This document shows positions 57,792 through 64,000 of a stretch of 64,000 nucleotides of DNA, piece after piece. Position 1 is the first letter of the stretch; each line of letters begins with the position of its first letter. This DNA is from an uncultured virus (IMG/VR IMGVR_UViG_3300043410_001952) (taxonomy: Duplodnaviria > Heunggongvirae > Uroviricota > Caudoviricetes): the IMG/VR virus record IMGVR_UViG_3300043410_001952. The stretch is one strand, 5' to 3'. The position numbers and the translations under genes were made by a program. Under the pieces are notes generated by a model. It was not told where the DNA came from. It saw nothing but the letters and a program-made list of their open reading frames with translations, and did no database searches.

Positions 57792-57993
57792 CTTTTAATT
57801 CTAACCCAATAAATATTTCAGCTGCTTTTTTGTTTTCCCAAGTCCAAATGTGTCTGTAACTTGAAAGTTTTGTTCTTGGCGCACGACAATAACGCCAAGC
57901 TGAAAACCAATATCTTTTATACATTACATGGAAAAAACCATGCCTTTTATCCTCTACTATTTTATACCTCACAAATCCAATTTTTTTAGACAC
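57775..57993 (-). CDS. small basic hypothetical protein
   Basis: GTG start, overlaps next gene. Confidence 0.5.
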   Translation of the reverse strand: MSKKIGFVRYKIVEDKRHGFFHVMYKRYWFSAWRYCRAPRTKLSSYRHIWTWENKKAAEIFIGLELKDANNG

Positions 57994-58049
57994 ACAAATC
58001 TACAAAATTTATACACGTTTTAAAAATATGTATAGTAAATCGGTTAAAT

Positions 58050-58247
58050 CTATACATAAAAAACACCTTGCTTGTTGTGTACCTTGTTTAATGTATTGCT
58101 GAACGAATCTTTATGTCTTTTAGGCTGTTATTTGTTTGACAAATACAAATAACCCACTTATATATTAAAGAAAAGAATTTAAAGAAGCCACTATGTTACA
58201 TTGAGAAGTAGAAAGACACTTGTTGCAAGGTGTTTTTATATGTATAG
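58050..58247. repeat. ~200-bp intergenic segment bounded by a 22/23-bp inverted repeat
   Basis: CTATACATAAAAAACACCTTGC vs GCAAGGTGTTTTTATATGTATAG. Confidence 0.8.
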
Positions 58248-58273
58248 TAAATTGATAAATTTATTTAATTATT

Positions 58274-58501
58274 TTATTTCAATGATGTCCACTTATTAAC
58301 ATATTGTGAATAGTAAAAATGGTCACTTTCATCTCTAAAACCAACAAAAAACATATCCTCTTTTTCAATGTAAACACCTACGTTAATCTCTTTAAAATCT
58401 AAAGTCGCAAATAGTATTTTTTGATTGTTTAAAGGCTTTTGTAATTTGGGGTCTATCCAGTTTTTACAAATTTCTCTTATTTCGTTTACTTGTTCTTCCA
58501 T
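58274..58501 (-). CDS. hypothetical protein
   Basis: ORF in operon. Confidence 0.55.
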   Translation of the reverse strand: MEEQVNEIREICKNWIDPKLQKPLNNQKILFATLDFKEINVGVYIEKEDMFFVGFRDESDHFYYSQYVNKWTSLK

Positions 58502-58623
58502 TGTGGAATTTTTTCTTCGAAATACTCGTGTGAAACCTTAATCTTCGCTTTTGGAATACTTAATGATGTAAGCCAAAATTTTAAAGTTTCAATTTTTGAT
58601 TTTTTGCTTGATTTTGACATTGT

Positions 58624-59472
58624 TTATGCGTTTTTAATTGTTAATAAACCCCAAAGTATGCTAAAAGAACGTGTTGATTTTTCTTGCGTTTTTGGCTTTT
58701 TTTCAACTTTTGGCTTTTGTTTTAACTCATCTACTGTTTCGGTTAATTTGTCTACTATTTTGTTTTGGCTAAAAACAATTCCAACAAGTGCTTTAGTTAC
58801 ATTATCAAGTTTATCAATCGTTTTAATTTGTTCATCTTTTTTATCAAGTTGCATAGCTATATTCCCAATGATAAGCGACTTTTCTGAATTGAGGTTCATT
58901 GCTTTAACTAACTCCTTTTCAACCTCTTTTACTTCAAAATTTTGAGCATAATCTAATTGGTGTTCTAAGTGTTTGTTTAATTTGTTAAGTCTTTCAATTT
59001 CAGATTTCAAATTTTCTATTTCACCTCTATCACATATCTCAATATCGCAAATTTCCACTGGTTTAAACGATGATTTTTCCATTTCATCATTTGATACGTC
59101 ATCTTGTTCTTCCCATTTTTCTTCAAGAGGTGCTAAAAGTGGTGCGTTGGATTGTTTTTTTCTAAGTTTTGCTTTTTCGTTGTTCTTTTTGTTATAATCA
59201 CGCAACTTTTCAATTAGTTTTTCAGCCATGTGAATATTTGGCTCAATTGTGTTCCAAATGTAGGCAACTCTTCTATTTTCAGTTTTATTAATTTTAATAA
59301 TTCCTACATTTTTTAATATTGGAATCAAAGCTCTATGTATGCGTTCTTGATTTGCATAGTCATAAATTAAAAAAGTATCGCCATATCTTGTGTATTCACG
59401 TATCTTTTTAAGACTTTCTAACATATTTTTGTTAGTAACCATTTTGTTATATCTTTTAATTGATTTTGACAT
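58624..59472 (-). CDS. coiled-coil protein, possible N-terminal wHTH
   Basis: YIWNTIEPNIHMAEKL; C-terminal FSILWGLL. Confidence 0.65.
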   Translation of the reverse strand: MSKSIKRYNKMVTNKNMLESLKKIREYTRYGDTFLIYDYANQERIHRALIPILKNVGIIKINKTENRRVAYIWNTIEPNIHMAEKLIEKLRDYNKKNNEKAKLRKKQSNAPLLAPLEEKWEEQDDVSNDEMEKSSFKPVEICDIEICDRGEIENLKSEIERLNKLNKHLEHQLDYAQNFEVKEVEKELVKAMNLNSEKSLIIGNIAMQLDKKDEQIKTIDKLDNVTKALVGIVFSQNKIVDKLTETVDELKQKPKVEKKPKTQEKSTRSFSILWGLLTIKNA

Positions 59473-59498
59473 GATTATTTATTTTAGAAAGTGAATAA

Positions 59499-60065
59499 TT
59501 ATTTAGCTGAATAAAACTTGCCTGTTTTAGAAACTGAATAAAACTTGCCTTTTTTGACTACTAATCCAGACTTAAACAAGTATGCAATAGTTCTTTTGTG
59601 CGCACCATAAACATCAAACTGCCATTTAGGTAGATTATCAGGAATCCCATCAGGAAACTTAATTGCTAAATATTCTTTGCATAGGTTAATCCCCGAAATC
59701 TTATCATGTTTAGCGATTACACTATACAAAATATGTTGTTTTTCGGTGAGTGAGAATGTTGTACCATCTTTAAAAACATCGAATTTTAATGGAGAATACA
59801 CTCTGCTTTTAATTGTAGTGTTTAAAACATCTTTTGGAATTGGATTACTACCAATAACTATTTCATCAATAGGCATATCATCTCGTTCAACAAAAGGCAT
59901 AAATTGAGGTTCTGGCGCATTACCATTAAGTATTGCTTTAACCTTATCTTCTTGTGGCTCTGGTTTTACTACTTTCATTGTTGGTGTTTGTAAAGGGGCA
60001 GTTACTTCCACCCCTTTTTTATTACCAAACAACCATTGCCAAATACTAATAAATACTTTTTTCAT
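59499..60065 (-). CDS. hypothetical protein, possible C-terminal wHTH
   Basis: LTEKQ..LY...LFKSGLV. Confidence 0.6.
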   Translation of the reverse strand: MKKVFISIWQWLFGNKKGVEVTAPLQTPTMKVVKPEPQEDKVKAILNGNAPEPQFMPFVERDDMPIDEIVIGSNPIPKDVLNTTIKSRVYSPLKFDVFKDGTTFSLTEKQHILYSVIAKHDKISGINLCKEYLAIKFPDGIPDNLPKWQFDVYGAHKRTIAYLFKSGLVVKKGKFYSVSKTGKFYSAK

Positions 60066-60086
60066 CTTGATTGTTTAAAATAGTTT

Positions 60087-60593
60087 TTAATACTCCGAAT
60101 TAGCGTGAGTTTCTGTATCTTCTTCAACGCTTTCGATTGGTGTGCGAGATATTTCTTTGTCTAACTCTTCTTTGTAAGGGAATACATCTATAATTGGGCT
60201 TTCAACAACAGATATGATTTGATAATCAACCATCATAGTACTCAAACTTTCATTTGTGTTTTTTGTAGCATCATCAATATTGTTACCTTGTACCAAGAAT
60301 TTTGTTGTGATTTTTTTAGCTTTTTCACCATCATCCGCAAAAGATACATACTGCACCTTTACCTGATACCAACTTTGACAACCATCAATACCAAAAATAT
60401 CGTGAAAATCAGCTCTTGTGATTGCTAAAACATGAAACTCACCTCTAATCATTGAACCAAGTTCTTCAAATGCTCGTGCTTCAGCATCTGTGAAACTTAT
60501 TGCAGCGAATAAATTCGATTCGCTAACTCTTTTGAAAGTACCATTTTCTAATTGTTTAGTGTACTTCACTTTTACGTTAAACCAATTGTTCAT
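60087..60593 (-). CDS. DUF4494 family protein
   Basis: WF.VKVKY.K..ENG..K.V.E..L..A.SFTDAEAR; Bacteroidota-associated family. Confidence 0.85.
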   Translation of the reverse strand: MNNWFNVKVKYTKQLENGTFKRVSESNLFAAISFTDAEARAFEELGSMIRGEFHVLAITRADFHDIFGIDGCQSWYQVKVQYVSFADDGEKAKKITTKFLVQGNNIDDATKNTNESLSTMMVDYQIISVVESPIIDVFPYKEELDKEISRTPIESVEEDTETHANSEY

Positions 60594-60606
60594 TTTTATT
60601 TTGATT

Positions 60607-60948
60607 TTAATTGTTACTTGTTATTTTTTTTATGTACTCATCCCACCCAAGTTTTTTAGCATGGTAAGCTACTTTTAATGTATGACCTACCATAGCTCCT
60701 GTTTGACTGCCAGATTGTTCTTGGTTTTCTTCATTTAGGCACATATATTCAATCATAGGCTTTACAGCTTTATCGCCAATTGTTACACCTCCTAATGATA
60801 TTTTATCGAATATATTTGGGTTTTCATCAAGGTATTTAACACCTCGAACTACCATCCTTTGGCATTCTAATTCATAATCACATGGGTTTTTTTCATCTTC
60901 TGAAAATCCACTTAAAAAATCACCCACTGGGTATTTATACTCACTCAT
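60607..60948 (-). CDS. hypothetical protein
   Basis: SGF...YE..CQ.M...G...TGAM...GWD.Y. Confidence 0.7.
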   Translation of the reverse strand: MSEYKYPVGDFLSGFSEDEKNPCDYELECQRMVVRGVKYLDENPNIFDKISLGGVTIGDKAVKPMIEYMCLNEENQEQSGSQTGAMVGHTLKVAYHAKKLGWDEYIKKITSNN

Positions 60949-60968
60949 TTTTATTTGATTTTAGATTG

Positions 60969-61229
60969 TTACTTAACTTCAAAGTAGTTTGCTTCGAATA
61001 TTTGTGGCTTTACTGCGTAAAACTCATCGAAGTTACCATGCACTACATAATCCCCATGTTTAACCATGTGTTCGCCTTCAAGCGTTTGAATTATTATTAA
61101 ACCCTCAGAATGTATTACTCGGTGTGGGAAAACGTTTATAAACGCACTTACATCATCAATGTTAGTTGTTAGAAACTGCATTGCTTCAATTGTAACAGGC
61201 TTTTTTTGATACTTTTTTGGTTTTTCCAT
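60969..61229 (-). CDS. phage protein (KKPV.IEA / TLEG / GDY family)
   Basis: YQKKPVTIEAMQF...TLEG.H....GDY...EFY.VKP.IF...Y. Confidence 0.8.
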   Translation of the reverse strand: MEKPKKYQKKPVTIEAMQFLTTNIDDVSAFINVFPHRVIHSEGLIIIQTLEGEHMVKHGDYVVHGNFDEFYAVKPQIFEANYFEVK

Positions 61230-61231
61230 AC

Positions 61232-61444
61232 TTATTTATTTTCTAATTCAACTACTCGTAACGCATAATTTTTACCTTGATAATTAAATCTAAGTTCTTC
61301 ATCAAGTTGTAATAAGTGTTGTGCAACTGCTCCAACTGCTGTTTCCGTTACATTATGTTTTTTACCCCATAAACCAGTTTTCGACACTGTTCCTGCGTAA
61401 ATTTCACTTGTTATAGGTGAGCATCCTACTTTAAAATTACTCAT
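61232..61444 (-). CDS. phage hypothetical protein
   Basis: SPIT..IYAG...W..K..VT..AV.AV. Confidence 0.7.
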   Translation of the reverse strand: MSNFKVGCSPITSEIYAGTVSKTGLWGKKHNVTETAVGAVAQHLLQLDEELRFNYQGKNYALRVVELENK

Positions 61445-61463
61445 GCTTATTTATTTTAGATTA

Positions 61464-61745
61464 TTAAATATCAAAATCTTTTAATTCTTGTTCAGTTAAT
61501 GGTTTATCACGCATTTCCCAAGTAATGCTATTAAACAATATGCCTTCATGTATTGTAGGCTTCATGTATCGAACCTTGTCTTTAATTGCTTTTCGTTGTT
61601 GAAGTCTTGGTAGCACCATTGATTTAAAAATCATTGCGATAGTCCAGATTAGTGCTTTTTGCCACCATTTTAGTTTTTTTTCAATTGGTTCTGCTTCTTC
61701 GTATAAATCAAAGTAATTCATGTTATTTATTTTCAATAATTTCAA
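61464..61745 (-). CDS. hypothetical protein
   Basis: operon packing. Confidence 0.55.
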   Translation of the reverse strand: MKLLKINNMNYFDLYEEAEPIEKKLKWWQKALIWTIAMIFKSMVLPRLQQRKAIKDKVRYMKPTIHEGILFNSITWEMRDKPLTEQELKDFDI

Positions 61746-62136
61746 TTAGTTTTTCAAGACAAGCAAGTTCAGCTTCTTCGTAGATGTATGTCTTATAACA
61801 CTTACTTTTCTTGAATGATTCCGTCTTTTCTAATGATTCCCATTTTACATTTTTAATAGTAAACCTGTTTATTTCTTTACCATTTATGTAAAGGATATAA
61901 GAATCCAATATGTCATAATTTAATTTTAAACAAGACTGTAGATTATACTTCTCTCTAAACCATCTAAATGCTTGTGAGTATGTTGGTGCTATAATATCTC
62001 CCTTAACATCACCCCATAAAACAGAATCAAGCAAAGTGGTTAATTTACAATCTATATATGAAGCAAAACAAGGCTCATCAAATCCAAGTTCTTCGAGTTT
62101 AACCGCTAACTTATAAGGTACAAATTCTGATTTCAT
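61723..62136 (-). CDS. conserved Bacteroidota-phage-type hypothetical protein
   Basis: EFVPY.LA..L.ELGFDEPC...APTYSQAFRWFREKY...YEEAELACL.KLIEI. Confidence 0.8.
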   Translation of the reverse strand: MKSEFVPYKLAVKLEELGFDEPCFASYIDCKLTTLLDSVLWGDVKGDIIAPTYSQAFRWFREKYNLQSCLKLNYDILDSYILYINGKEINRFTIKNVKWESLEKTESFKKSKCYKTYIYEEAELACLEKLIEIIENK

Positions 62137-62138
62137 AC

Positions 62139-62426
62139 TTATTTGTTTTTTAGTGTTTCAATTTGCATGTTTATCCATTCAACTCTTGGTGATATTAAAC
62201 CTACTTCCCAACTAAATGTATAAGTTCTTTTTGGTATATTTTCTCTTAAATACGAACGGAGTAATTTGCATTCTTTGTTAGTTATCAAATCTTTATTCAT
62301 AACTTCCATAATCCAAGCACATAATCCATTCTTAAATAACTGTTTGTTTTCAAGCAACACCTCAAACAATTCGATTGTTGTTGCACGTTTGAATAGCCCA
62401 AACCAATTATACAATTTTCGTTTCAT
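62139..62426 (-). CDS. hypothetical protein
   Basis: AAATAAGT-ATG start. Confidence 0.65.
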   Translation of the reverse strand: MKRKLYNWFGLFKRATTIELFEVLLENKQLFKNGLCAWIMEVMNKDLITNKECKLLRSYLRENIPKRTYTFSWEVGLISPRVEWINMQIETLKNK

Positions 62427-62534
62427 ACTTATTTATTTTTGGTAAATATAACATTTGTTGTATGATTGTACAATAATTCATCAATCTTTTTTTTATTGCC
62501 ATTCTTATCTACTGAATAAACCTGCGTGTATTCC

Positions 62535-63011
62535 TTAGTCTTCTTGCGTTTTCGCTTCATCTCTTTGCTTGTAAATAAACACCTCCTCAACAGGTCTTTG
62601 AAGTGCATTGGCAATTTTTATGGCTATGGGCAATGAAATTGAACGCCTTTGACCATTTATAATTCGTGATAAGTGAGCAGAATCTCCATCAAGTGCTATA
62701 TCCGCTAACTCTGCTTGTGACATCTCCAATTCCTCAAGAATAATGCGTATTTTATTGCTGTGTAATTTTTCCTTTGGTTTTCTTTCCTTTACTTCCTTCA
62801 TAATCTTTGTTTTTTTTGTGTTAAAGTCAAGCGTGTAATTCACGCATATTGTTATTTGATTGCTGTTGTAGTGTTTTATATTTCCATTTTCAACATTTGC
62901 ACATACCCATATAGTATTTTGATGTATGCCATAATCAATGATGAAAAGCACTTGTGATATTCCATGTGGCGTATTAACATACATTACATTATTCAACTCA
63001 CATATACCCAT
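62535..63011 (-). CDS. XRE-family HTH protein (internal start possible at 62801) with N-terminal phage domain
   Basis: MSQAELAD...HLSRIING....SL..A.KIANAL..PVEEVF. Confidence 0.75.
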   Translation of the reverse strand: MGICELNNVMYVNTPHGISQVLFIIDYGIHQNTIWVCANVENGNIKHYNSNQITICVNYTLDFNTKKTKIMKEVKERKPKEKLHSNKIRIILEELEMSQAELADIALDGDSAHLSRIINGQRRSISLPIAIKIANALQRPVEEVFIYKQRDEAKTQED

Positions 63012-63015
63012 GATG

Positions 63016-63594
63016 CTATTTTTTATCTATTTGTTCAAGAATATACAAACCAGTGCTTTCATGCTTACGACTATCAATTACACCTCCAATAAAATCTTTT
63101 ATGCGTTCAATCTCCTTTTCATCGAATCCTGATAGTATAATGCCTTTGTCATCTTTTAATTTTAAAGATGTGTGATTTTCAAAGTCAATGTAGTAGAAAT
63201 GCTTATCAATGTTTATATTCTTGGATAAAGACTTAGATTTGAATTTTATTGCAGTATCTAATTCGTTAACAATTCTTTTAAAAGATTTGTCGCTATCGCA
63301 TAAATTCATAACAGTTCGTTCAGCGTGTAACACTGTTGCGTGGTTTTTATTTGCATAATATCTACCAATCCCCTCTTGAGTTAATGATGTGTATTTGCGT
63401 AAAAAATACATACCTACTTGGCGAGGAATAACGTAATTAGGTTTCCTGCTTTTTATTGTCATGTATTCATCATTTGGCAAATCGTAACAATTCTTTATTA
63501 ACAAAAAAATATACTCCGCAATCCGATTGTTAGTAATCTGCTTGGAGTTTGTGAATGGCGAGTTCAAGATATGCTCTACTTTCTCGGGTGTCAT
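63016..63594 (-). CDS. DnaA domain IV-like protein
   Basis: KSRK...VIPRQVGMY..R..T.LT...IG......NHATVLHA; start MTPEK at 63594; TACATTTG at 63700-63707. Confidence 0.85.
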   Translation of the reverse strand: MTPEKVEHILNSPFTNSKQITNNRIAEYIFLLIKNCYDLPNDEYMTIKSRKPNYVIPRQVGMYFLRKYTSLTQEGIGRYYANKNHATVLHAERTVMNLCDSDKSFKRIVNELDTAIKFKSKSLSKNINIDKHFYYIDFENHTSLKLKDDKGIILSGFDEKEIERIKDFIGGVIDSRKHESTGLYILEQIDKK

Positions 63595-63604
63595 GTTTGT
63601 TTGT

Positions 63605-64000
63605 TTAAAACGGTACATCTTCTTTTGTTTCATTATCAAAACTATCATTTATAGGTAAAGGTGTAAAACCTGTTTGTTCAAATTCATTGTTTTGTTGCGC
63701 AAATGTACAACTTTTCTTTGAATCATCACTACTTTGTGGTATGTGTTTTTGAGAAAATTCATGATTAGTGACTTTTGTTTGCTCATGAATGAACCTTAAT
63801 GGTATTTCACCAAGTTCGCCATTACGATGTTTTGCAATGATTAACATAAATAATCCATCAGTGCTAAAATCTTGACCTCCTACATAGTATTCACTCACAC
63901 CATAATACTCTGGGCGATAACAAAACAAAACCATATCTGCATCTTGTTCTATCTGACCCGATTCACGTAAATCTTGAAGCATGGGTTTTTTATCTCCTCC
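63605..64000 (-). CDS. dnaB: replicative DNA helicase, C-terminal part (truncated by window)
   Basis: KPMLQDLRESGQIEQDADMVLF.YRPEYY...IIAKHRNG. Confidence 0.95.
   Translation of the reverse strand, partial: GGDKKPMLQDLRESGQIEQDADMVLFCYRPEYYGVSEYYVGGQDFSTDGLFMLIIAKHRNGELGEIPLRFIHEQTKVTNHEFSQKHIPQSSDDSKKSCTFAQQNNEFEQTGFTPLPINDSFDNETKEDVPF

Noticed and set aside
59509..59550. 15-bp repeat GAATAAAACTTGCCT as a regulatory site
   Set aside because: Local duplication of the GKFYS peptide at a gene end; no other copies noticed
1..64000. Stop-codon reassignment
   Set aside because: Code 11 ORFs tile densely; TAA, TAG and TGA all end genes at sensible junctions
10388..64000. Numerous + strand ORFs antisense to the - strand operons (e.g. 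15352, 18656, 31887, 58490)
   Set aside because: Fully overlap better-supported genes and have no recognisable motifs or start context

Overview
AT-rich, gene-dense fragment of a large dsDNA virus of a Bacteroidota host. Host evidence: many TAnnTTTG -7 promoters, no Shine-Dalgarno, a DUF4494 gene and a GGC-resume tmRNA tag. Layout: 1-10.3 kb (+) is an array of small early genes joined by recurring microhomologies; 10.4-53 kb (-) is a lysis/morphogenesis block followed by large polyvalent proteins; 53.1-54.5 kb (+) holds a lytic transglycosylase and a circularly permuted two-piece tmRNA; 54.5-64 kb (-) holds RusA, glycosyl/methyltransferases, regulators and the DnaB C-terminus. I recognise no terminase, portal, HK97 capsid, tape measure or tail gene in the window. 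The structural block instead has an FtsK/HerA(A32)-type ATPase, three paralogous ~160-aa beta-rich capsid-like domains, more than 20 small membrane-anchored proteins, membrane-tethered peptidoglycan hydrolases, a collagen-like fibre and an HEXXH protease. This suggests an unusually large tailless, membrane-containing virus (inference; the fold is untested). Two short peptide motifs recur across unrelated proteins: YSNAxG-like in the membrane/capsid proteins and [MYF]xxGG between domains of the polyvalent proteins. They may form a processing or packaging code. All family calls are by eye from motifs; no searches were run.
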